20,000 nucleotides of DNA from the IMG/VR virus record IMGVR_UViG_3300047322_000758, one strand, 5' to 3'. The stretch is from an uncultured virus (IMG/VR IMGVR_UViG_3300047322_000758) (lineage: Duplodnaviria > Heunggongvirae > Uroviricota > Caudoviricetes). Within the stretch, counting starts at the first letter, position 1. Each line of letters starts with the position of its first letter. The translations under genes and the position numbers were made by a program. Shown here one piece after another: positions 1 through 7,983 of the stretch. The notes below the pieces were generated by a model. That model ran no database searches, had not been told where the DNA came from, and saw only the letters and a program-made list of their open reading frames with translations.

Positions 1-1945
1 ATGAGAGCGTCGTCCAGGCTCCGCTTCCGCCACCCGCATTCGTCACTGTCTGATCCGTGACACCAATCTGACCGCCGCCCGTCAGGAGCACTTGCGGGTA
101 ATTCGTTCCTGCGTAACCTGCGTCATACTGGCTATCGACCGTAATCGTGATAGTTGCGCCGGACGCGACTGGATAGCGAAACTCGTGATCGTCATAGCCG
201 GTAAGCTTGATCGACTGATTTCCGGCACCGTCCGTCGTGCTCGCGTCGATCACGCCCATGTCGTGACGTTCGAGTGCGCCTACGGCGGCGAGAGTATTGC
301 CACCTGCCGGGCGCGGTCGGTTGAGCAAATCGGCGTAGGACATCTGTGGGAGTGTATAAAAAACGACGAGGCGCATGTAGTCGATCAGGACTTGGTTGCC
401 GGCGCCAGAACTACAGGTGAAACTCGCGCCGACACCGAAGCCGGAGTTATTCACATCGGTTGGACTTAAGGTTGCGCCCCAGAGTTGGCCATCACCCTGG
501 CACACACGGCCAGTGATACCGGCCCCGCCACCGCCAAGGATGGAACCCACGGTACTCCCGCTCACGTTCAGGACGCTGCCATGCTGGGAAGTTCCCGTCA
601 CGGCTCCCGCCTTCAGGAGTTTTAGTGTCGTGAACGTCAGATTGGCATCGGCCCGGATGCAGATGTAGAGCTGGACACCGGTAATCGTGGCATCGCTCGG
701 AATCGAGAACCCCATTCCGGTCGCTTCGATGAGGTGACTTACCTGGCCGGTCGTAAGGGAGATGCTGGCCTCGGTACTGTCTGGGACGAGGATGTTGTTC
801 GGGCTAGTCCAAGAGATGGTGCCAACCGAGGAATCGTCCGTTGCTGTGGTCGGTACACCGACCTGCGCCTCACAACTACTCCATCCGAGCAACGGTGACG
901 TAGTAGATGGTGTGCCGTGCGGTCGGACGATTGCACCACGCTGCTCCGCCTGTCCCCATTCAAGCAACTGAGCCTTGGCGTAGCTCAAACCGTTTAGGTT
1001 GAAGGTCTTGAGTCCTGCGAAAACCGTGTTGCCCGTCGCTAGCTTATTGGCGAGGAACACATTGTTTTCCTCAACGAGACAGCCTGCGTGCTGGCTTTGG
1101 GCTGTCACCAACGTATTGGTACTACCACGAACCATGACGAGATTATTCAGGAACAGCAACGGGTATTGATCGGACCAGGAATTGCCGTTGATGATGCTCA
1201 GAATGCTCTGGCCGCAACTTCCCTCGATGGTGCAGTTGAGGATTTTTAGGCCCCCAGCCTTGCCGCCGACGTTCGCGGAGTCGCTATTGATGTTGAAGAA
1301 TTTGTGTGTGATATGACCAATGAACCGGCAGTTCTGATAAGTAACGCCCACATCCCAATGCGGGCTCGCCTGCGATGCAGCCACGAGACCCATCATGTCG
1401 CGGTCGCTCGCTGTTCCGTCTACGTTCGTGGCGACGAACGTGCAGCGGTCAGCTAGAAAGTTCTTGGGTACGCCTGCGGCGGCCGTGAGATAAAGCACAC
1501 TCGATTGAATGCCGATCACGACGCAATCAAGCAGCTTTAGGTCATGGTTGGTGGCTGAGCCGCCGAAGTAATCCGAAAAGCAGTCCGTCGAACCCGTGTT
1601 GGCGCCGATGATGGTCATAAATTGGAAAGTGTAACGATTCTTATTGTTGCAGTCGATGGTTGGACCACTGGAAGCTGGGGCCGTAGTGTCGTTAGTGGTA
1701 TAGCCAGTAACAGTAACCTCGCCAGCATCGCCCGTCTTGGCACCATCGACATCGCCGATGATCTTCGTCTCGGCCGTCGCCGCGACGGAGCACTGCAACA
1801 ACTCTCGATAAACGCCAGCGCCGACGTAGACGGTATCGCCTGACGCGATGGCGCCGAGCGCATGGCTAATCGTCAGCCAGGCAGCACCCGCAGAAGTCCC
1901 CGCAGCACCGTTAGAACCTGTCTTACGGACGTAATAGGTGGTCAC
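1..1945 (-). CDS. Tail fibre/spike or receptor-binding protein, predicted right-handed beta-helix plus beta-sandwich domains (partial, at least 648 aa, runs off the left edge)
   Basis: Absent from the ORF track; translated by hand. GTG start at 1945 with AGGAG (1959-1955) 9 nt upstream and no stop before position 1. It begins MTTYYVRKTGSNGAAGTSAGAAWLTISHALGAIASGDTVYVGAGVYRE, the typical N-cap of pectin-lyase-like beta-helices. Rung-like segments follow (LKLLDCVVIG, FLADRCTFVA, VTYQNCRFIG, LKILNCTIEG). It lies downstream of Dit and the small tail genes. Confidence 0.85.
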   Translation of the reverse strand, partial: MTTYYVRKTGSNGAAGTSAGAAWLTISHALGAIASGDTVYVGAGVYRELLQCSVAATAETKIIGDVDGAKTGDAGEVTVTGYTTNDTTAPASSGPTIDCNNKNRYTFQFMTIIGANTGSTDCFSDYFGGSATNHDLKLLDCVVIGIQSSVLYLTAAAGVPKNFLADRCTFVATNVDGTASDRDMMGLVAASQASPHWDVGVTYQNCRFIGHITHKFFNINSDSANVGGKAGGLKILNCTIEGSCGQSILSIINGNSWSDQYPLLFLNNLVMVRGSTNTLVTAQSQHAGCLVEENNVFLANKLATGNTVFAGLKTFNLNGLSYAKAQLLEWGQAEQRGAIVRPHGTPSTTSPLLGWSSCEAQVGVPTTATDDSSVGTISWTSPNNILVPDSTEASISLTTGQVSHLIEATGMGFSIPSDATITGVQLYICIRADANLTFTTLKLLKAGAVTGTSQHGSVLNVSGSTVGSILGGGGAGITGRVCQGDGQLWGATLSPTDVNNSGFGVGASFTCSSGAGNQVLIDYMRLVVFYTLPQMSYADLLNRPRPAGGNTLAAVGALERHDMGVIDASTTDGAGNQSIKLTGYDDHEFRYPVASGATITITVDSQYDAGYAGTNYPQVLLTGGGQIGVTDQTVTNAGGGSGAWTTLS

Positions 1946-2001
1946 TTACTGCGGCTCCTAGCTAACGATATTGTCGTAGCTCCGGTGGCGAATGTTACTG
2001 C

Positions 2002-2451
2002 CTAGGCATGAGCCCACGCCAATATACCGCTTGCGTTCCAGGCCACTTGAAAAGTTCCGCTCGAGCTCGCTACCGAACCACCGAAGTCCCAGTAGCCGAT
2101 AAGTACGTCAGTTGCGGAGCTCCCGACGACCTTGTAGAGATAGAGGCCGCTGGCGGTGATGGTCGATGCTGCCCAGGAGAGGGTCGCCGCGGTGAACGTC
2201 TCAACGTGTGAAGCCATTGCGAGCGAGAGCGACCCAAGCGCGGCGCCTCCAGTGCTGTAGCCGGTTCCTGACGCTTCGTGGGTGATGTCAACCCTGAACT
2301 GGTGGCCCTGCTTGGTCGCATCGGACTCAGCGGTGCCGGTCGCGTTAACCAACATGCCGTAGATGGAGTCGGTGTCGAAGTCTACCGGCGTGAGGCTTCC
2401 CTGGCCGGCCTGCGCCTCAAGCCAGGTGTCCATAAAGACAGAGTTAGCCAT
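2002..2451 (-). CDS. Small minor tail protein (149 aa), paralog of 2743..3159
   Basis: AAGGAGG SD; start abuts the upstream stop. Motifs VDFDTDSIYGMLV, EASGTGYSTGG, TITASGLYLYK and LIGYWDFGG resemble a widespread family of ~130-150 aa phage tail-region proteins. Confidence 0.75.
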   Translation of the reverse strand: MANSVFMDTWLEAQAGQGSLTPVDFDTDSIYGMLVNATGTAESDATKQGHQFRVDITHEASGTGYSTGGAALGSLSLAMASHVETFTAATLSWAASTITASGLYLYKVVGSSATDVLIGYWDFGGSVASSSGTFQVAWNASGILAWAHA

Positions 2452-2730
2452 TTAGCCCTCCTTCGGCGTGCCGACGGTTCCAGTGGCCGTCGCCTGGAAC
2501 TGTGTGATACCCGCGGCGGGCGGTGCTTGCACATTGGCTGCGCCCTCCGGTGGGTAAACTTCTTCGAACTCCCGATTCAGGTGACCACCTGCCGCGTTAA
2601 TCCGGCTGATGTGACCATTGATTTCCTGCCGGACGAGATGCTTGAGCTGTGCGAGCGCGGCCATTTGCTGGTCCGCGTTCTGAAGCTCCTGATGCAGTTC
2701 TTTGACATTCATGTCTGCGAAGTCAGCCAC
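2452..2730 (-). CDS. Hypothetical protein (92 aa) with an N-terminal coiled-coil
   Basis: AGGAGG SD before GTG; fills the gap between two tail genes exactly; heptad-like pattern ELHQELQNADQQMAALAQLKHLVRQEI. Confidence 0.7.
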   Translation of the reverse strand: MADFADMNVKELHQELQNADQQMAALAQLKHLVRQEINGHISRINAAGGHLNREFEEVYPPEGAANVQAPPAAGITQFQATATGTVGTPKEG

Positions 2731-2742
2731 GATAGCCCTCCT

Positions 2743-3159
2743 TTAGAGCTCGAATAGCTTAAATGCGCCCGTGTCGGGTATGACCACGATGTTGCTCCCA
2801 TTGGGCGTGTCTGGGAGCCCTGTTGCCTCGTCCGTGTAGGTCATGAGCGGGCTCGTGGCGTCGGTGCCGGTATTGCGTGCCAGGATGACCGCCGTGATAG
2901 TCGCTCCGGATACAGCGGTGATCGTCTCGGACGTTGCGTTGAACACGCCGAGGGTGATGCTCTTTCCAGAGAGGTTCCCGGACCTAGCGACAATGTTGCC
3001 GCCACCGATGTCGCTGATGAACTGGTGCGTCGACAGGTTCACGACGTACCCAGACGACACCAGAATCATGATGATGTTGTGGTTCAGGCACTCGACGTAG
3101 CTCGAATGCGCCGAGCCGGCCAGCATCCCCTCCGCGTAGAGGCGATATTTGCCCTTCAC
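2743..3159 (-). CDS. Small minor tail protein (138 aa), paralog of 2002..2451
   Basis: GTG start 3 nt after the upstream stop. Motifs GVFNATSETITAVSGATITAVILARNTGTDATSPLMTYTD and GLPDTPNGSNIVV match the same small tail-protein family. Confidence 0.75.
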   Translation of the reverse strand: MKGKYRLYAEGMLAGSAHSSYVECLNHNIIMILVSSGYVVNLSTHQFISDIGGGNIVARSGNLSGKSITLGVFNATSETITAVSGATITAVILARNTGTDATSPLMTYTDEATGLPDTPNGSNIVVIPDTGAFKLFEL

Positions 3160-3162
3160 TAG

Positions 3163-3450
3163 CTACACCGTCCCATCTTGGGACGATTCGTTGGCGTGGC
3201 GATGCATCCAGTCCTTAATCCAGGCCTTCATCTCGTCGGTCTTCTCGAGCGTCGCCGCCTTTCGCTGGCTGCAGCCGCAATTCTTGAAGACCGGCGCCTC
3301 GGACGGCATCATGTTGACTCCAGCCTGCGCAGCCTCAATGGCCTTGAGCGAGGCTTCCGCGGCAGCCGCCTGGATGGCGCTGCGACCGGCGGCGATACGC
3401 TCGCGGCTCTCACGAAGGAGCTGCTCGACTCTGCTTTCTACTGCATCCAT
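3163..3450 (-). CDS. Hypothetical protein (95 aa)
   Basis: GAGGAG SD; in-operon position after Dit; Ala-rich helical N-half and a CGC motif. No family recognised. Confidence 0.7.
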   Translation of the reverse strand: MDAVESRVEQLLRESRERIAAGRSAIQAAAAEASLKAIEAAQAGVNMMPSEAPVFKNCGCSQRKAATLEKTDEMKAWIKDWMHRHANESSQDGTV

Positions 3451-3462
3451 GGGAATCTCCTC

Positions 3463-3870
3463 TTAGTGATGAATGAACGGATCGACGCATACGAAGGGAA
3501 TCGTGAACTTCACCGTCGAAACGAGCGGCACGAAATCCGACTTGCCGGTGTATCTGGCCATGAAGTACCCGTCCCTGTCTGGCAATATTAGCGGCCTGGC
3601 TCCGGCACGCACGTCCAGGAGCGTCCCGAGCGCAATGGCATTAGACATGAGCGTCGCGTGGTTCGGCTCAACGATGAAGCAGTCCAGATTGATGTCCATG
3701 GGCCCGTAGGACGCCCCGTAATCCCAGGCGCCGTCCCTAGTCGGGATATCAACGATGCGGTCCTTTACAGGCGGCAGCAGTGGTACGTGGATACCGCTCA
3801 GGGCTATAGCTACGCCGAAGCTCAGCGATGGGACGCCATTGAAGATGAAGCCGAGCCACTGGTCGGTCAT
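3463..3870 (-). CDS. Distal tail protein (Dit), N-terminal/belt domain only
   Basis: ATGA overlap with the tape measure stop. Siphophage Dit motifs GFIFNGVPS, IVDIPTRDGAWDYG and FTIPFVCVDPF. Confidence 0.8.
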   Translation of the reverse strand: MTDQWLGFIFNGVPSLSFGVAIALSGIHVPLLPPVKDRIVDIPTRDGAWDYGASYGPMDINLDCFIVEPNHATLMSNAIALGTLLDVRAGARPLILPDRDGYFMARYTGKSDFVPLVSTVKFTIPFVCVDPFIHH

Positions 3871-6800
3871 AAGTGAAGTCCCTGCGGATAGCCAAGCGCC
3901 TTGATGCGCTCCTGCTGTGCCGCGGTCTGCGCTTGAGAGAGCCTGCCGACGATTTGGTCGACACGACGCTCGCTGTCCACATGCATGTTCTCGACGTTGA
4001 ACATGTGACCGCCGAACATAGGACTGTCACCTCCACCGCCTCCGCCTCCGCCTGCCCCGGACCCGCCGCTCGCGGTTCCTGGCGAAGCGCTGGCACCAAA
4101 TGCGGCACCGACCGCAGTGCCCATGGCGTCGGAGAGGAGGGACGAGCCGGAGGTGATGCCCATGGCAGCGCCTTGAATCAGCGGCAGGCCAATCTCCTTC
4201 ATGGCACGCTTGGACGGCGAGGCAATCAGACCTTCAGCCTGTGCTGCCAGGATGGCTGAGTCCACGGCTTGCCTAGCAGCCGCTTGAATGGCAGGCATGC
4301 TCTGCACGATTCCGGTTGCAATGCCATCGCCGATGGCGTTCCCAACCGGAGTAGCCTGCTGCGTGGCGTCGGGGATGGCAGAAGCGCCACTCGCAGCGTC
4401 GTGAACGGCATTCCGAATTGCCGGTGTGCCCTGCGTAACTCCGGCCGCTATTCCACTTGTGATGGCGTTGCCAATGGCCTGCGACTGCTGTGCTACCTCG
4501 GCAGGCTTCGGCAGTAGGTCTGGAACGAAGATTTTGTTTGGCTTGACGGCAGGACCTCCGCCTGCTGCACCACCAGGACCACCGAAAGCAGACGCGCCCT
4601 GCGAGGCTGCGGCCATATCGATGACGACCTTCTTTTGGTCGTTGAGAATCTGGAGTTGGTCCTGCAACTGCTTGGTATGGAAATCATCGCCCTGGGTTTG
4701 GACCGTCTGGGTATCCTTTGCCAGGCCAAGTGCCGTAGTTGCCGCTTGGATTTTCTGGTTGGCGGCCAGGAGCTCTGGGGCAGACCCATCCAGTTTGATC
4801 TTCGCCTCATCCTGCGCCAGTTTGTTCTTGGCGTCCTCAGTCTGGAGGCCGGCGTTGGCGAGGCTATTCTGGTCCTGCGCCAACTGGTTTCGGCTCTGCT
4901 CAGCGCTGATCGCAGCGTTGATTCTCGAGAGCTCCTTATCCAGTGCATCAGTCTTCTGGCCCTGCGCCTGAAGGGACTGCTGCTGGATTTGCAGTTGATC
5001 CCGCTGGACCTGAAGTTGCAGGAGCGCAGGGTCCGTACCGCTCGTGTGTCCCTGGGCGGCCAGGAGATCATGCGACTTTGTGATCTGGTCCTGGATGGCC
5101 GTCGCCTGCTGCTGAAGGGTCTGAAGATACTGCTCGGCCGGCTGACGGGCCTGCTCGATCTGGTCCTTGATCTCGGTCCAGTGATTCTTGCTCTCGACCA
5201 GAGGTTCGTTCTGCGCATCGAAGGACTTTTTGAGCTCGTCCGAATGGGTCTTCGCCTCGTCGATCTGGACCGTCAGATCGTGCATCTGCGGTGTGGGTAG
5301 ATTTGCCCACTCCTTCGCCTTCGCCGTCAGGTCGTCAAATTCCTTCTTGGCCGGGTCGACAAAGCCGGTCTTCAGCTCGGTGAGCATGTTCTGGTCGGCC
5401 TGGACGGCTGCGCTGTCACCGCTGGCTAGGTCGGACTGCAGCTTCTCCTGCCACTGCTCCTCAAGCTGCAGCATGTTCGCGTAACGATCTCTGGCCGATG
5501 CAAGGATGGACTGGTCACTCGCGGACAGTTGTGCGTTGACGCTGGCGTTCTTGCCGACCAATTGGTCGTAAGCCAGATTCGCTATCTGTAGCTTGGTGTT
5601 CTGGACATCGCTCCAGGCGCTGAGTTGGCTCTTCCAGCTTGACTCGATGGCCGTATTCGCCTCGTTCGCCTTCTTGATGCTCTGGTCGTAGGATTTTTGC
5701 TCCGCATCCCGCTTCTCGCCGAGACCGGCGATTTTGGCATCCAACTGCTTGCGGTCTTCGGCAGACATGGTCTCGGTGCTCTGCCGTTGGAGGCCGTTGA
5801 TCTGTGCCTGGTAGCCCTGGATTGCCTGAAGCTGTTGTGATGCCGACTGGATGGACGAATCCCGAATGTTTTGCCAGTCTTCGACTGTGTGGTCCTTATA
5901 CGTTCCACTGGCCTTTGCCATCTCGTCATAATCCTTCGAGATGGTGGCTGCCGAGGCATCGGTGGTTTTGGCCAGTGAGGTACTCGCCTTGGCCGCGGCG
6001 TCGCTATTCGAGGCGTTCTTATCGTGAGTCGCCTGCTCTTCTTTCCCCTCGTTGACAATGGAATCGACTTGTCCGGCAGCGTTGCTCTCGATCGCTTTGG
6101 CGGCTCTCCCATAAGCGTCCGCCTCGAGCTGCTTATCAGCGATTCTGGCCATTGCCTCTTCATGGACAAGTTCGGTGTGCTTCTTCTCCTCAGCGTCGGA
6201 CATGACGTAGTCGCCGGTCTGTGGAGTGCCCGCACCACCTGCGGGCGGGGGCGGATTGGTGATACTTCCCGGTACAGGAATGAGATTGAGCGACTTAATT
6301 TGCGCCGCAATGTCCTTCATCCGGCTGATTGCTTCAGCCTGAACCTGGTCGAAGTACGGGTCCATGGAGCGCTTGACGGCATCGGACGGGCCCATAAGCC
6401 AGGCGGCGAAATCGCCGATGACGCCTTTTCCTGTGCCAGGCGACCAGTGCTGCGAGTTAGTCGCCTGGTCGTAATAGGGCTGCATTGAACGCTTGACACC
6501 GCCAGGATCTCCGAACAGTGAGTCGATCAGTTTGGGCAGAAGCGCTCCGCCCGACCGCTCGGTATTCATAAAGCTCTCTGCATCGGTCTTGACCTGATCC
6601 AGAGCGCCTTTTACCCATTCGGATATCTGCGAGTCGTCCTCGTGGCCGGGTAGGGCTCCGCCAGTAAGGAGAGCCGTGAGGATGTTCCCGCCTTCCGTCT
6701 TCTGGACGAAGTTGACGGTGAACGTGTAAGCCTTACCAGCAAGAGTGGCGAGATCGCCGAGCTTTGTAATGAGATCCGTGAGGGGCGGAAGCAGATCAGT

Positions 6801-7877
6801 CCCAATCGAAACTCCGAGGACGGCGAGTTTCTGTTTGGCAATGTCCAGCTGGCGCGATGTGTTGCCGAGCGCCTCCTGGAACGCATCCTGGACCGGCGTC
6901 GCTCCTCCGGAGAAGGCATCCTGATTCGCCTTCTCGATTGACAGGAGATCAGCAAGGCCGTCGTGCAGGATGACAGTCGCGGCACGGCCGGAGATCATCC
7001 GGTTGCCGAAGATGCGGTAGACTTCGTCGCCCTGGACGCCGGCTGCATTCAAGTCCTGGAAGATGCCGACAAGGCCTCTGCTGGCTAGACCCGCAGAGGT
7101 GAAGTCGCTCACGAGATTGACGCCCGTCGTATTGGATAGCCTGGCGAGCTCCGTCTCGGCCGCCTTGGTCGGTGCGACGATCTGCTGCATCATCCGGATG
7201 ATTTCAGTGCCGGACAGGGCGTAGTTCTGCCCATTCCGCGTCAGAGTCGCATAGACGGCTGAAACATCTGCCAGACTGACGCCCAAAGCAGCGGCCTGCG
7301 CCACAGCCTGCTGGCTGCCGGCGACGAACTGGCCAAAGCTCACGTTGGCGTTCTTGCTCGCGGTCAGCAGTGTGTTCATGAAGGCGGAGGCGTCATCTCC
7401 AGATGCACCCATGACGTGCAGTGCCTGCGCCAGCTCCTGGGTCGTTTCTGCGAGGTCGGAGCCGGTGCCGACGCTCGCCTGCATTGCAACCTGGACGATT
7501 TTCTGAGAATCGGCGAGGCTGAAGCCCTCGTCCGCGGCATGGCGGAATGAGGTTGCCAGAGCCTCGAATCCGACGCCGCCCTCTTGCGACATGCTCTTAA
7601 TGGAGGCGTCAACCGCGCCCATATCGGACGAAGTCAGCAGGGAATTGGCGTGGAGCTGTTGGAGAATCTGCTGGTAGTTGGCCGCTGATTCAACGGCCTT
7701 GTCAAAGCCGAGCGCGACGGCACCAAGGGCGACACCTGTGGCGCCGAACGCCAACACGCTGCCAGCATTGAGGCTGGACATATTGCCAAGAAGGCTCGCG
7801 AGCGCGGTTATTCCAGATGTCGCCGCTGCGCCATCGAAGCCGACTTTAACGAGCAGTTCAGCCGCGCTAATAGACGT
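3867..7877 (-). CDS. Tail tape measure protein (1304 aa from ATG 7781; 1336 aa if it starts at ACG 7877)
   Basis: Longest ORF, between the chaperone and Dit. It has a TP901-like N-terminal core, long Gln/Ala coiled-coil stretches and the C-terminal GLIASPSK motif. The frame is open upstream of 7781 and encodes SISAAELLVKVGFDG, a typical tape measure N-terminus. The start position is inferred. Confidence 0.93.
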   Translation of the reverse strand, partial: TSISAAELLVKVGFDGAAATSGITALASLLGNMSSLNAGSVLAFGATGVALGAVALGFDKAVESAANYQQILQQLHANSLLTSSDMGAVDASIKSMSQEGGVGFEALATSFRHAADEGFSLADSQKIVQVAMQASVGTGSDLAETTQELAQALHVMGASGDDASAFMNTLLTASKNANVSFGQFVAGSQQAVAQAAALGVSLADVSAVYATLTRNGQNYALSGTEIIRMMQQIVAPTKAAETELARLSNTTGVNLVSDFTSAGLASRGLVGIFQDLNAAGVQGDEVYRIFGNRMISGRAATVILHDGLADLLSIEKANQDAFSGGATPVQDAFQEALGNTSRQLDIAKQKLAVLGVSIGTDLLPPLTDLITKLGDLATLAGKAYTFTVNFVQKTEGGNILTALLTGGALPGHEDDSQISEWVKGALDQVKTDAESFMNTERSGGALLPKLIDSLFGDPGGVKRSMQPYYDQATNSQHWSPGTGKGVIGDFAAWLMGPSDAVKRSMDPYFDQVQAEAISRMKDIAAQIKSLNLIPVPGSITNPPPPAGGAGTPQTGDYVMSDAEEKKHTELVHEEAMARIADKQLEADAYGRAAKAIESNAAGQVDSIVNEGKEEQATHDKNASNSDAAAKASTSLAKTTDASAATISKDYDEMAKASGTYKDHTVEDWQNIRDSSIQSASQQLQAIQGYQAQINGLQRQSTETMSAEDRKQLDAKIAGLGEKRDAEQKSYDQSIKKANEANTAIESSWKSQLSAWSDVQNTKLQIANLAYDQLVGKNASVNAQLSASDQSILASARDRYANMLQLEEQWQEKLQSDLASGDSAAVQADQNMLTELKTGFVDPAKKEFDDLTAKAKEWANLPTPQMHDLTVQIDEAKTHSDELKKSFDAQNEPLVESKNHWTEIKDQIEQARQPAEQYLQTLQQQATAIQDQITKSHDLLAAQGHTSGTDPALLQLQVQRDQLQIQQQSLQAQGQKTDALDKELSRINAAISAEQSRNQLAQDQNSLANAGLQTEDAKNKLAQDEAKIKLDGSAPELLAANQKIQAATTALGLAKDTQTVQTQGDDFHTKQLQDQLQILNDQKKVVIDMAAASQGASAFGGPGGAAGGGPAVKPNKIFVPDLLPKPAEVAQQSQAIGNAITSGIAAGVTQGTPAIRNAVHDAASGASAIPDATQQATPVGNAIGDGIATGIVQSMPAIQAAARQAVDSAILAAQAEGLIASPSKRAMKEIGLPLIQGAAMGITSGSSLLSDAMGTAVGAAFGASASPGTASGGSGAGGGGGGGGDSPMFGGHMFNVENMHVDSERRVDQIVGRLSQAQTAAQQERIKALGYPQGLHL

Positions 7878-7881
7878 GGCG

Positions 7882-7958
7882 CTACCGTACCCGAACTAGA
7901 TGCTCGGGAAGGGGTCAGCTAACGGACCCCCGGTAGTGGACGCACTGGGAAGGCGTCC
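7882..7958 (-). promoter_or_regulatory. Structured 5' leader of the tape measure gene: hairpin plus three-way junction
   Basis: Minus-strand pairings: GGACGC/GCGTCC (7958-7953/7943-7938); outer stem CTACCG/CGGTAG (7936-7931/7887-7882) enclosing GGGGTC/GACCCC (7930-7925/7916-7911) and CCCGAGC/GTTCGGG (7908-7902/7896-7890, one G-U pair). Confidence 0.65.
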
Positions 7959-7975
7959 GGTAATTGCCTGCGAAC

Positions 7976-7981
7976 AGTATA
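7976..7981 (-). promoter_or_regulatory. Putative sigma70-type -10 element (TATACT) upstream of the tape measure leader
   Basis: 5/6 match to TATAAT, 2 nt after the LPKTG gene stop, in GC-rich DNA. No convincing -35 or TG extension. Confidence 0.35.
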
Positions 7982-7983
7982 GG

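Noticed and set aside
4493..6310. Alternative-frame minus-strand ORFs inside the tape measure gene (241 and 242 aa), and similar ones such as 15350..15721
   Set aside because: Arg/Ser/Pro-rich off-frame translations nested in real genes, with no independent support.
7882..7936. Three-way junction as a tRNA or hammerhead ribozyme
   Set aside because: Too short for a tRNA, with no T-loop or D-loop consensus; no CUGAnGA plus GAAA core on either strand.
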